A stretch of DNA of 50,964 nt from the NCBI GenBank assembly GCA_000934665.2, contig JYFJ02002780.1, positions 1 to 50,964 on the forward strand, given 5' to 3'. The stretch comes from Catajapyx aquilonaris (Eukaryota). Positions 1-11,778 of this stretch are shown here, piece after piece. Positions within the stretch are counted from its first letter, which is position 1. Every line of letters starts with the position of its first letter. The translations under genes and the position numbers were made by a program. The notes beneath the pieces were generated by a model, which worked only from the letters and a program-made list of their open reading frames with translations, ran no database searches and was not told the origin of the DNA.

Positions 1-441
1 GGGGCAACTTTGAGCACCTTATCTGAATCCCTCCAGAAAACACCAAAATCGGCCCTTTTCAGGGCCAACACATGAATCAGTTTAGAGATGCGGAAATTAA
101 AGAGATTATGACAGGTACGATGGGTGCCTTTCCATTTCAGGGTCGCAACAGTTCGGTTTGGTTTGGTTTATTTGGAAGAAGCCAAAGCAACTATGGCTAT
201 CTGGATATAGAAGATGCAAAGGTGGGAGAAATGGAGGGAGAAACGGCGCGGAAGACGACCTGTTTCCCCCCTTTTTTTCCTCATTAATTGTTACATGGGC
301 GTTGGACCTAATATCAGCAGGTGCTATTCCCGATTCTCCAGAAAGTAACTATTATTGATCTCTTAGCAACGACCTGCTTATAAACAAGCAGCTTGTTGAT
401 TTTTCCAATAACTGTTGGTGCCATAAAGTTGGATCACCCTG
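1..441 (+). mobile_element. 3' end of a Tc1/mariner-type DNA transposon (truncated by window start)
   Basis: 3-26 reads GNFEHLI-stop, resembling the GGxFEHLL C-terminus of Tc1/mariner transposases. The block ends in ...GATCACCCTG (441) followed by TA, the reverse complement of the TA|CAGGGTG terminus. Confidence 0.6.
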
Positions 442-3015
442 TATATCCTATATATTAATATTTCTTATATATCTGTTAAATGTCCAACACCTAAAATTAG
501 GCATTGCCATGGGGGAAACAATACGCCAATTTTGAATTTCATTAAAATTTTTGCTCGTGAACAATAGGCGAGCTATTAGCTGCAGTTATCATACTAATTA
601 ACTTTAAAATATTGCCAGATTCTTGGAACCTTTTCTGTCCATTTCAAACGCAAAAAAGATAAGTTCTCAACTTTCAAGCCCAGATTTTCACCGCTCACGG
701 CCAGAGAACATACATTTATAACCTGAGTTTCAATTTTTCATATAGGTCTGCAATAGTTGAATCCAGATATAACAGACTACAGCTCTACAGGGACCCCGGA
801 AAAAAGTACCGTAAAGTGGGGCTACTTTGTACCAATTTTTGGTTATTCTGGTTAATATCTCCCTTACTATTGAAGTTTCGAACTTGAAAAAATTATGCAC
901 CTTCTTGAACATCTTAGCAACACTTTTGCACTATTGTTCGTGCAGGGCAGATTATATAACACTGTACAGAAAATGGCAAAGTTGGACTAAGTAGCCACCT
1001 TGGTCCAGTATGCTGATGAACCCAAGATGGATAAACGGAGTCAGTGTTTATCCATCTTGAGCATATTATAAGGACCAAAATAACAGGATTTTAGCTATAT
1101 TAGGAGCACTGTGCACTGACAAGAAATAATATTATATTGCTCCACAACACCTCTTTGTTGTCATTAACATTCATAGCATAATTATGTTGTTTTTCACATT
1201 CACTTTGAGACTTTGAGACTGAACATTTCCTCCCAAAAAAATCCTTCGCCGAGATGGCTAAACACACGTTTTATTTAGTAATAATCCTGGGCACCTCCTC
1301 AAATGAATCCATTTTGGCAATCAAGTTGTGACTAAGGGAATTTCTTGAAAAACAAATCGACGGCACTCTCAAGAGTTCATGGTAAAATCTAAGTTTCAGA
1401 GTTTTGCGATAAGTGTAGCCTGCCTGCCGAAGATAATATTATGATAGTTTTACAAAGGCATCTGCTGCATATTCAGAATGTCATAGTCAATAATTTTATC
1501 TCGCGCCTGTGTTTGTCACGGGATACGGAGTATAATATTATCAAATTGAAGAGAAAGAAATAGGGAATATTCCGATACGATTGTATTTTAGGTAAGTGCC
1601 ACAAATAAACCATCAATATTCATACGAATGACCAATGATATTACTTTTCATCGTCACTTCATATAAAACGAATAGAATTCAATAAATTCTTTGCTTATTT
1701 GCCTGTCGAATTGAGAATGGGTAATATTCCATGGGGTTTGGAACCATGGACAAGGAAAGGAATTTTTTAAGGAATTAATCATTTCTATGGAATTGGAGGA
1801 GGGGTCAGTCCCTTTCTGTCAAGACATACTGTAACATATACGTAGGTCTACAGTACACATTCCTTCACAGCTTTATCCCATGACTGGGTAGCGAGCAATG
1901 ACCAGGTCACACCTAGCTGGCCACTTCAAAAATGACCACTGCAATAAATCCTCGGGAGACTGGTTATAGCAGGTTCACGCAGTCTGTCAAAATACAATAA
2001 CTTTAATACTGCCAGTTAGACTGCAGGTAAGACCCACCGAGATGTGATAATGTCCTGCAATTACCAATATTTTCATACAAAGAGTGGTTGCCAGTGTAAA
2101 ACAAGGGTGACCAGTAGCTAAGTATGCGTAGGTATAGACCTACCACAGTCGAGCCTGCTGCCTAGTGTAAAGTGGGTGATTTTATGACGTCCCCATTTCC
2201 CAGTAAGATTGTTAGAAAAGTAATGTGAACCTCTGCTCACTGAAAATGATTTAAACTTTGCTCAAAGAGTGGAGGGAAAGTTCGGTTTTATAGCAAAGGT
2301 TGCAGTTTACAGGAGCATGGAACCTTCAGAAATGGCCACTGACTGTTGGGGGAAAGGAGCTAGAGCTATACTTAGATAGCTATAGCTCATATATTCTCCT
2401 CATTTAACTAATACTTGGAGAAAGTATTGTTTTCAACAATATATTATTAATTGATCATGTCTTCTCAGGTGAAGATATTGTAGACAAAACACCCATTTTT
2501 CTAGCACATCCGACTCTACAGGCCTACAAACATATTGGTATAGCCATCAGATGGAAAATTTTAAAAAAATTGATCACCCGCGATTTTTACTGGTATGGCG
2601 CTATTATATGTGTGCAAAAATACAGTACAGAGGGTATCATAAACAACCAGAAAAACCCTGTCTACCATCTCAATGTCAGAAGTGACTTTTGGCAGTTGAC
2701 ATCTCGCATAATAAGGAACACTGTGGCTATGTTACACCCAAGGTTACAAAACACACGGACTGAGGTCAGATAAATATCACGTGTATAATTTTTTGGGCTA
2801 CTGAGAGCGAATAATTGAGAAAGTCATGATGAGAAAAAGCCTTAGGAATGTTTTTCTTTGCAAGGATCCAACTTCAAAATGTGTATGATATACTGACCAG
2901 TTTTCAGATGTGAATGAATTGGCACGTATAACTAATGATATACACTCTGTATATTATTATACATTAATTTTGTGGTAGTCTACAAATAATTTTGACTGAG
3001 TGTTCTATTGCTTGA

Positions 3016-3117
3016 CTACCAATAGCCTTTGATTTCTCTCCTGCATGAAAGGGGCACATCCTCCAGTAGTGTTGTATTAACTGGTTTTTTCCTTTGTGCT
3101 ACGAGGTTTTCCCCAAC
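3016..3117 (-). CDS. CNBD-like gene terminal exon
   Basis: Follows a 67-nt intron; acceptor GATATTTAG|; VGENLVAQRKKPVNTTLLEDVPLSCRREIKGYW-TAG. Confidence 0.75.
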   Translation of the reverse strand, partial: VGENLVAQRKKPVNTTLLEDVPLSCRREIKGYW

Positions 3118-6100
3118 CTAAATATCAATAATTTATGCTCTGTAAAATGTATGTCAGCTCTCAATAATTGCAAATGTACCTTACCAGTTCTTTGTACGAT
3201 GACCATTCAGTATGCTCCACAAACTCTCGGAAGATTTCTATTTCATTTGGGAGTCTGTTCACCAGGTAGGCCTTGACTCGGAGAAGTTGATTTATCTTGG
3301 TCAATGTTGCTAGCAAAACTCGTGGGACCAACATGCACTTGACTCGTGTTAAGGTGACAATTCTGCTACCGGCCAGGTTTTCCCCTAAATGAATAAATAT
3401 TATATCCAAAGATGTATACAGGGAGACACTATACGCGATATCATACTGTACAATATTGTCATGCAATGACAATATATTGGAGTGAGAGAGGGCTGACAGT
3501 TAAAGTTTTGTACTTTTTTATAATGGAGAAATTGATTTAGGGCTGGTTTCACCGAGCTCAGTATATGATAAAACCAGGGTATTTCTCAAAATCCCTATCT
3601 ATTTGTATGGATTTTCCTAAAGAAACCTGGTTTTATCATATACCAAGCTCGGTGAAACCGGCCCTTATAAACTACTAGTGCATGGGGTCTAGCGGTTACG
3701 CCACTGACCAGCCAAGCGGGAGGCCGGGGTTCAAATCCCGTCCCCGTCACCTCTGCTTGGCCGGGTCTTTTTCCGCTTTTCACCCGACATGCTGAGGCGG
3801 AATTGCACTCCCTACTCTGCCCGGGGCCAGCAGAAAAGGTCTGGTGTATTTCACAAAGTCAGAAATGACTAAAAATTACAGCGCCCTCCCTTGGGAACCT
3901 CCCCTTCCCCCTTAAGAGGGCCACGAGCTCTATCACGGGGTAAAAAAAATACTACTAGTGCATAGTCTATGACTGAAAGCCCTGTTATTTTATTCCTGGT
4001 TAATCTATTCAACTCTCACTCGCGGAATGGACATTCAACTTTGATATGAATTTGATTGGCACACAAAAATTCAGGAATACAACACTGACCTATACAAAAA
4101 ACATGCCCCTTATGGTATACGCAAACACGCATCTCATGGGAGACAACTTGAGTTCTTAGCTTTCGACCAATTCCAGCATCCATCTCACGGTAGTCTATGC
4201 ATTTTTTAGGAGTGTAATATTTCTTCGCCTTCTTAGGTTTTTTTGGAGCAGTGTTTTGACTAGGCTCGCCCCAGTCCACACTGTCAAGTCTGTGTACGGT
4301 TGTTGGTCCATCCTCAATTCCACCAGCTGCCTCTGCGAGTTTTCTGTCACAATTCATCAGGATCAGTTTTCTTCTAGTCAACTCAACTGCCGTCTGCATT
4401 TCAACTGTAGGAACGAGTTCATAATCGACCCCTCGATATTTCTGAGGTATCTCCCGCACATGGAGGGTGTGCATCATCAGGCAGGTACCTTTTAGCATGA
4501 AGTAAGTGTGTCGAGGGCAGTCTCCACCAGCTAGAAGAAAAATGGTGAGTCTCACTATAATGTGCAAAATGAACTCATCATGATTGTATGAAGTAGTAGG
4601 TGCTTCCAGCCTATGTACTTTGTGCTTTTAGGGGGAGGGGTGTAGTAGAATGCGAGCTCTCCATGACTTTCTATATACTCCTATGTTAAAAGCCCATAAT
4701 CCGAGTAACTAGGCTGCAGAGACTAAAACATTCTCTCCCCCCCTCCCCATATGAAATGATCCTCTCAAACACAGGATATCACGCTAGATTCGCTAGAAGA
4801 TTGTCGGAATCATTATATGAAACATGACTAGATGACCTAGAATTCTTACTAACCGCGTATAATTATAATACAGTCACATAAGAGGGAGGAGCGCCTCTCT
4901 TCGAGGCTATAAGAGCTTCAGGTCTGCTACCATATTAACTTATATATTTTTCGAGTGACTTTACATGCACCTGAAGCAATTACATTTACAAGTTTATATA
5001 CTTACGAGGCACATTAAGTATGATGTCTCCTGGCTCATAATCTACCAACTCGATCTGTTTAATGATATCTTCAAGTTCCTCCCTTTTCCAAGCAATGAAA
5101 TATGGAAGCTCAAAAAAGGCCGAGCTCAGCAGTTCGAAGGTTTCATTGGTGATAGCCTCATCATAGACTTTCAGGTCAGTAGTGGTAAAATCTGTGTATG
5201 AGGAAAAAGAGGATGAGATTGGTTGGGAGTAGGGATATTTGGGGACTGAGTTGACGGTGATGTTGTTGAAGAAGAAGTTGTTAGAGGGCTTTATTAAGAA
5301 GGTTATGCATGTCGAGTGACAGGATCAAAGCTCAGGAATAGGTACTGATGTAGGGCAAGAATGGATATAAATTTTTTACTAGTTATTGCTTATTAGTTAT
5401 TATAGATCAAAATCGGGAAGGACTAGAATCAAGGACAGCTAATCCATATGAGGCATTAAGACGTGCTTTGTGCTTGTGTACCAAGTTGTGTACATTGGAT
5501 GGTTGCAGGGGTGAGGGAATAAACTCCGTTTTATTAAAGCAGAGTAAGCGAATCGGAGATGCATGATTGTGTAGGGCATGTTTTCAGTATAGTGATGTCT
5601 ACACTATATCTATGTCCAGAAATTATGAAAGCCACGTAGTGTCTGCGTGTTTTCCAAGGGCTTTTCTCTAGCTTAATATCAAGGTAGAAGTCTGCAACTT
5701 GGTATAACGTATACATAATATAGACTCATTGCCTGGATGGGGTATATGGACCCAAAATTATTCTGAAATAATAACTCTACATAAACTCCTTGCCAATTTA
5801 GGTTGTTATTCCCTGTTTAATCTTCTCTGTTGCATTCCTAAGCAAAAATATGTTTGCAACATCATTTTGTTGTCTATGTCACTATTACATAGCACAATTA
5901 CTAAGTCATTTGAGGCCCAAGTCCGCTGATTACTCATTTCACATGCACATCAATACGCCGCATGTTTCATAGTTGCCCTCACATTTTCATTCACTGAAAA
6001 CCTATTGAAAGATTATTCACTTGTCCCAGTTTAAATTCACTTCAGGTTTTCAGCAAGGTTTTCAGTGTTGGTATAAAATAATGTCGTGGGCACTCACTCC

Positions 6101-7361
6101 ATTAGGCTATATATACATTGTCAGAAAGGTCATTGAGGTCCGGTAGCACCACACCCAGTAAACAGTTCTGGTTCTTTTCCAGCTGGACATAATATTACCT
6201 GGCAGAGATTAATAACTGAAATTTCACAAAATCTCTAATTACAAAAAATAACAATAATTCAACGGAGACACACTGCATAATATTGAATATGTGAAAGGTA
6301 GCCTACACTCCAAGATTCATCATGTCCAGGGCTGAAAAAGTCCCTCATTGGGGTTGAGTTGAGTTGTCAGGGTTTACAATGCTACTTGGAATTGAGCTGT
6401 GTCAGCTAGGTGAAAGAGAGTGAAGGGTGAGGATGTTTCAGTGGTAGGTGCTAGGTGATGGGGTTTGCAGAATGTGGGAGTAAGAGAGGCAGTGAGAGGA
6501 GCCAGCTCCAGTTGTACTGCAATGCAAGGGCCAGCACAAGACAGGGGTGGGGCTTCATTCTAGCACCCTGTCATGCCCAGAAATGTCAGTTTGGTCTGAT
6601 CTATAGATCTCTGGAGTGGGCACCCCAGTCTCGCCAGCCACGTCAACTGATTAGAGCACGGCCACCACTGATTGATTAAAGTGCAAGCCAGCCGTATCAT
6701 TGATCTGATCTTGAGTAATAATAAGGATGGGTACTAAATAATAACTGTAAGCTCCTACTCACCATGTTTTACGGGTGGATCTGGCCACATGCGGTCATCA
6801 CTCTCACTCCTTTCAACTGGAAAGGTTACATCCACATTAAACTTGGTCGCCAAATACTCCAATCTTGTCATGCTCTCCGATCTTAGTGACAAGTTATCCA
6901 ATCTTGACATGCTATCCGATCTTGACATGCTATCTGATCTTGACATGCTATCCGATCTTGACATGCTATCCGATGTTGACATGCTATCCGATCTTGACTT
7001 GTTATCCGGGCTTGACATGTTATCCATAACTGATTTAGGTCTCGCTGTACCAGATAATTCACACTGTTCCTAATAATGTTTGTGAATTTTTCACTGGTGA
7101 ACTAAATTAACGACTAATTTTGACTTACACTATTTTTCTATTAATTTTTCCGTTATTTACAATGATGAAACCATAGCTACAACATATACGTAGTACATAT
7201 TTTTAAATTGTTTCAAGCATTTTAATTTTTTCTCTAAAGCCTCATTATTATTGTCCTGCCATGAGATATTATTCGAAATATGCAGCTTGATTTTTAAAAA
7301 ACCATATTTTTATATTTTGTCCTGTCACGAATGTGCTAACCTGGTGCGTACTTGTATCCAT
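3016..7361 (-). CDS. Cyclic nucleotide-binding domain protein (CNBD2-like), 6 coding exons, ~418 aa
   Basis: join(complement 7361-7341, 7069-6763, 5191-5006, 4530-4090, 3384-3185, 3117-3016) = 1257 nt, open throughout with GT-AG introns and matching phases. Motifs LPYFIAW..YEPGDIIL..TYFMLKGTC..KGHVFCIGENL..RIV..VKCMLVPR and C-terminal TTLLEDVPLS resemble insect CNBD-containing proteins. Confidence 0.75.
3185..3384 (-). CDS. CNBD-like gene exon 5
   Basis: Acceptor TTCATTTAG|GG, donor CTG|GTAAGG; inside ORF 3161..3472 (GENLAGSRIV...WSSYKEL). Confidence 0.8.
3540..3664. mobile_element. PIF/Harbinger-type MITE (125 bp)
   Basis: ~40-bp TIRs GGGCTGGTTTCACCGAGCT... / ...AGCTCGGTGAAACCGGCCC, with TTA on both sides (3537-3539, 3665-3667). 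Confidence 0.8.
3684..3950 (+). mobile_element. tRNA-derived SINE
   Basis: A-box-like GGTCTAGCGGTTA, B box GGTTCAAATCCC, short A tail, perfect 13-bp TSD ACTACTAGTGCAT (3671-3683, 3951-3963). Confidence 0.85.
4090..4530 (-). CDS. CNBD-like gene exon 4
   Basis: Acceptor ATTTTTCTTCTAG|CT, donor ATAG|GTCAGT; inside ORF 4016..4567 (GGDCPRHTYFMLKGTC...KGHVFCIG). Confidence 0.8.
5006..5191 (-). CDS. CNBD-like gene exon 3 (start of CNB domain)
   Basis: Acceptor TTTTTCCTCATACACAG|, donor C|GTAAGT; encodes DFTTTDLKVYDEAITNETFELLSSAFFELPYFIAWKREELEDIIKQIELVDYEPGDIILNVP. Absent from the ORF track. Confidence 0.8.
6763..7069 (-). CDS. CNBD-like gene exon 2 (contains SRSDSM repeats)
   Basis: Acceptor ATTATTAG|GAA; includes ORF 6755..7027; donor CATG|GTGAGT, phase 1. 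Confidence 0.7.
6858..7027 (-). repeat. 18-bp coding tandem repeat (plus-strand CTTGACATGCTATCCGAT; SRSDSM)
   Basis: About five near-perfect units plus degenerate flanking units inside CNBD exon 2. Confidence 0.9.
7341..7361 (-). CDS. CNBD-like gene, putative coding exon 1 (MDTSTHQ)
   Basis: CCACCATGG Kozak context; donor CAG|GTTAGC, phase 0 fits the next exon. Short, so less certain; ATG 7027 is an alternative start. Confidence 0.5.
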
Positions 7362-7455
7362 GGTGGATTACAGCATAGTCTTGGTCAAGTGGTGATCATT
7401 TTCCTCCAAAGTATCGACACTAACCTCATTTGAACATTTGCCACAAAGAAAATAA

Positions 7456-7767
7456 TAGAGTACACTATGTCTACTAGACGAGTACTACTAGAGTACACTA
7501 TGTCTACTAGACGAGTACTACTAGAGTACACTATGTCTACTAGACGAGTACTACTAGAGTACTACTAGAGTACTACTAGAGTACACTATGTATACTAGAG
7601 TAGGCCTACTACTAGAGTACACTATGTATACTAGAGTAGGCCTACTACTAGAGTACACTATGTCTACTAGAGTAGGCCTACTACCATAGAGTACAATATG
7701 TCTACTAGAGTACTACTAGAGTACACTATATGTCTACTAGAGTACTACTAGAGTACACTATGTCTAC
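7456..7767. repeat. Composite minisatellite (33-bp period plus 11/17/19-bp subunits)
   Basis: TAGAGTACACTATGTCTACTAGACGAGTACTAC at 7456, 7489 and 7522, followed by TAGAGTACTAC and TAGAGTAGGCCTACTAC variants. Confidence 0.9.
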
Positions 7768-8329
7768 TGAATATTTTTCACGGGCTCTTTAGCCTGTAAT
7801 GACTCTATATACTGTGTACATTCTCACGAATGCGATGCACTAAAACAGGACAAGAAATCACACAGTTTTTAGGGGGGTTTGTAGGTGTGTTAAACCGGTT
7901 TTATGGTGTTCAAAATGACGAGTGCTTTTGTGAACCTCGATCACGAGAACCTCCAGTTAAGTGGGTGCAGTAGCAAAAATACGGTAGAACGCGTTTCGTA
8001 GGGAACTTAATTTTTTTGTGGCGAAACTCGCAGAAACTCGTCATTAATCCGGAAAAACACAAAGTAGGTGCCCTGCGCAAAGGTTTGGCCTTGACAATGG
8101 TACCATGCTCGACACGATTGCATTAAAACTGTGGACATACGGGACGAGTGCAGACGCGTACCATATCCGATTTTGTCGACATTTATTCACCATGTTATTC
8201 TAATGGATTTCTCGGATATTCGTTTTCCTATCACTTCAACTAGCCGTAAAGGTCATTTCTAGGCCGAAAACGGAAAAAGACGAAGTAGGTGCCCTAGACG
8301 CCAGATCGTCTACTGTTTTTTGTTGCAAG

Positions 8330-8736
8330 TTTTATTCCCCCGCCATTTGAAAATAGCTACAATTCCTCCAGTAACTCCTACGCTACTTTTGGCCGAACCG
8401 GCATCCAACATGGCGGTCCTGTTCGAATGTAGTGCTTGCAATTGTCGCAAGATGTCTTCCCTTGTTTGAGACCCAACCTCCCCACCATGCTCCCCACTAC
8501 CCCCACTCCACCCCCTATTAGAACTGCGAATAGGAGTGGAAAGGAGGCACGAGCCAGATAGTGGCGGCTTTCCTTTTTTTTCATCTTGAAAGCCAGTGCG
8601 ATCAGTCAGTGCTGTTCGGGCCGTGCTCGGATCAACGAGACCGCTGCTTCTCCCCCAAGTGAGCACTCGGGAACAAGGAGCAAGAGGAGGCCGCGGTAGG
8701 GCAGCCACGGCTCACTGAGGATTGAAACTGACTCAG
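8330..8736 (+). promoter_or_regulatory. Probable alpha-actinin promoter and non-coding exon 1 (~8604-8736)
   Basis: CpG-rich; arthropod Inr ATCAGTCAGT at 8601-8610; YY1/Pho-like CAACATGGCGG (~8407) and CGCCATTT (8341); donor CAG|GTAGAT at 8736/8737. The first coding exon has its own acceptor, so an upstream exon is required. Confidence 0.55.
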
Positions 8737-9904
8737 GTAGATTACTTTGCCGCCGGCTTTTTTCCTTTTTTTGTTTCATATTACTGGTGTCAAGGAACTA
8801 TGGAGGCTGGAAGATGCTTTCATTGTTGGCGCGTGTGGTAGGAGTGACAGTTGTGTCTTTTCGATTGTGCCGGTCAGGTTATTCGGAGGATATACGAAGA
8901 AAGGGTTGGCCGGTCTTGGAGGTTCTACGGAGCAAGTCTTTTTGTAGGAAGGTAGTGGATTTGGCGTAGAATTCGAATGAGCAAATATTAGAACGTGCCA
9001 GAAGCCGGCCTGGTGCTTGGCATTGAAGAAGTTATGGGGTCTTGTAACAGTTGAGCAAGACGTTTTCAGTAGCAGTTTTATTAGCTTTGGTGATGATTGT
9101 TGCAGTTTATTTTCGTCTCTTGTGCATCACTGTGACATTCACAGGTTTCGTAAAAATGATTGTTATGGTTTTAAGGAAGCTCATTGGTGATTTCAAACTA
9201 CGGAATACTTGTGGCATAGTGCATTTTGTGTCGTCGCTAGTGTATTTGTTTAGGTATCGAGTTTTTTTTGGTATCTGGATGACATGTTCTGTGAAGTCTG
9301 TTGCAATATAATGTTTTTCTTAGGAATAGTTGCCCAGATTAATGGAAGCAAGTGAAGCACTAACATCCTTTCTAACCCATGATTATTTTACATGTCTGGA
9401 GGTGTGTCCTGTTCTGCATATTCTAATGTTTTATATACACTTACTTCAGCTGATTGTTTTTATGAAAAAGAAAAATGAACAAATTATACAGCAAGTAAAT
9501 AACTGATTGTAATGAAACAATAACCACTTTCTGCCACCGGTGCTGTAGTTGCCAGCCAGTGAACTCATGCACAGGCCTTTATTGCCATGGAATGCTTAAC
9601 TGTTTAAATTCCAAGGCAATGCCACACATGACAGAAAGAACTTGCGGAAAGAAAAGGATGTCAGTGTAATGCCTTTAAGCTTCCTTGATGTTACTTTTTC
9701 CCATGTGTGTTATCCGGGTCCACCCTAAACTGGGGCTGAAGAAATAGTTTATGTAAAGTTTTTAAAATGTCTTGTTATTTTTTGGGTTAAAGAGAAATCT
9801 TAACACTCATGCTATTAAAAATAATATGATAATGGATACCCCGTGGGCCTTTTAGGGGATCATCTTTTCGTGAACCGTCTTTAATCATTGCCTGCGCTGT
9901 AATA

Positions 9905-10079
9905 GATTTTGATTTTGATTGTGGGAGGAAACGGGAGAACCCCGAGAAAACCCACACGAACACGGAGAGAACCTATCGAAACTCGATCCACATAAGTATT
10001 CCACATAAGTGACCCGGGGATCGAACTCACTCAGAGGCTCAGAGGCTGCGGCACTAACCACTACTCCACCGTGTCTCCC
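9905..10079 (-). mobile_element. tRNA-derived SINE with V/Meta-like core
   Basis: Minus strand: GGTGGAGTAGTGGTTAG (A box), GAGTTCGATCCC (B box), then GTTCTCTCCGTGTTCGTGTGGGTTTTCTCGGGGTTCTCCCGTTTCCTCCCACA. Confidence 0.75.
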
Positions 10080-11709
10080 ACTCATGCTATTATACAGTTT
10101 AAAGTCCTTGTTAGAAACTAAATAAGATAAGGAAGTGGACAATTCAATATACTTTTAATGGGAAATTGAAATGGTTATTGCTGGAAAGGTTTTGGTTTGT
10201 AATTCATGTTCAACATGTCAATGAAGCATTTAATTGCCTTCTTTTTCATACCATGCATACTGTATATTTATCACATACACTGTGGCACAATCAATGGCTA
10301 AAGTGTGTCTCATAGGTCCATTGCTGCACAACCAAAAATTTTCATGTGCAGTTAAATGTGATCCTACCATATTCACTCAGAGCAAGTCGTATGAACATGA
10401 GCTAAGGATAATTCCAGAGTTGGCCCTTGTTTGCATGCAGACTAACTCTACAGTTAACCTTCACTCATGTTCATGCAACTGGTCCTCAGATAATTTGCAG
10501 TTCCCCCATTCCATGCTTCCTCTCACAGGAGTGACAAATTAAAACTGTACCTTTCTTAGAGCATCTAAGACACGAAGACCTGACTCAATGTGTCATGTGA
10601 ACAAAGAACAACAGCTGTTTTAAATCGAGATATGCATGCTACACAGAATTTCCCCATGAACATAATTTCCTCACTTCACCTGTATGTGTGGTGGAATTCA
10701 AAATATGGTAAACCATTGCTTTTCTGCCATTGAGTTTGTTTAAATTATGGCATCACTTTAATGCTTCCTGAGAAGCCATGTGTGAAGGGAAATTTTACAG
10801 CCGAATCTGTGTCAATAAACCTTCAAAATATTTTGTGCAGTTCCCAGATGAGTTTTAACCTGTGATTGTTTCTGTGACATGAATGTAAACAATGGAGAAA
10901 GACCACTGAGGTGGGGTGTGTGAAGTAGCTGAACTGAAACTGGCTTTGCATGCAGTGCTGTAGGATATAAATAGGACTTTAGAAAAGTTATATCACACCA
11001 TAACAGCATGAGTCCCTCCCCTTCTTCAGATTTGTCACGCTTTTTCATGTCTCCACACCCACCTATCAGCTTGACATAAATTATGGCCTGGGCAACTAGG
11101 CCAACTATGCTACCATTGGAAGAGCAGTTACATGAATTATGCAATTATTTTTGTGTAATTGTGCAATAATTAATTATAATTATGATCAATCCAGACCCAT
11201 TAAATTAGGCAACTGATGTAATGAAGAGGGAGACCTGTTCTTCTAACTAGGATGAATTACCTTTAAAGCTGTCGGTAATTTAGCCATCTACCCACACCTG
11301 CGGAAATGAGGGTATGGGCCAGAAGATGCATATTTGAAATAACAATTTTAGCTAATTTATTTGCCTATATGACTCTTGAAAGAGCGTTATGAATGGTTTA
11401 AAAAAATCTTGGTTAATTTTTTGAGAAATACAATGTTAGTTCAATACACCAAAGCCTATCTTGATCAGTATCACAGTGTTGCAAAATTTTTTATACTGAA
11501 CATGTTACTGTTGCTACCGATATGTTCTGAAAACTCTCCACCAGGACCAAGAATTTTTTTTGTAATGGTCAAATATGCCCAACCCAGGGTATGCTATAAA
11601 CAGGTTTCACTATAGTGTATTATTATCACTGCCTTTACTACTGAGCATACATTTAGGAAGCAAAGATTTCAGAGGGTAATGTTGTTATGCCTGTGAGCTG
11701 CAAAAGAAA

Positions 11710-11717
11710 GAGAGAGA

Positions 11718-11775
<58 letters not shown>
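11710..11775. repeat. (GA)n microsatellite
   Basis: Direct reading. Confidence 0.95.

Positions 11776-11778
<3 letters not shown>

Noticed and set aside
730..912. Minus-strand ORF as the last exon of the CNBD gene
   Set aside because: A nearer exon (3117-3016) has a better acceptor, the correct phase and the family-like C-terminal motif.
2004..2015. TAATACTGCCAG, similar to the miR-8/miR-200 5' end
   Set aside because: The 3' half does not match and no hairpin partner was seen.
6789..7073. Plus-strand ORF with (DMLSDL)n
   Set aside because: Antisense shadow of the 18-bp repeat; splice sites and phase continuity support the minus strand.
7456..7767. CRISPR-like regular repeats
   Set aside because: No unique spacers, no cas genes, eukaryotic context; it is a minisatellite.
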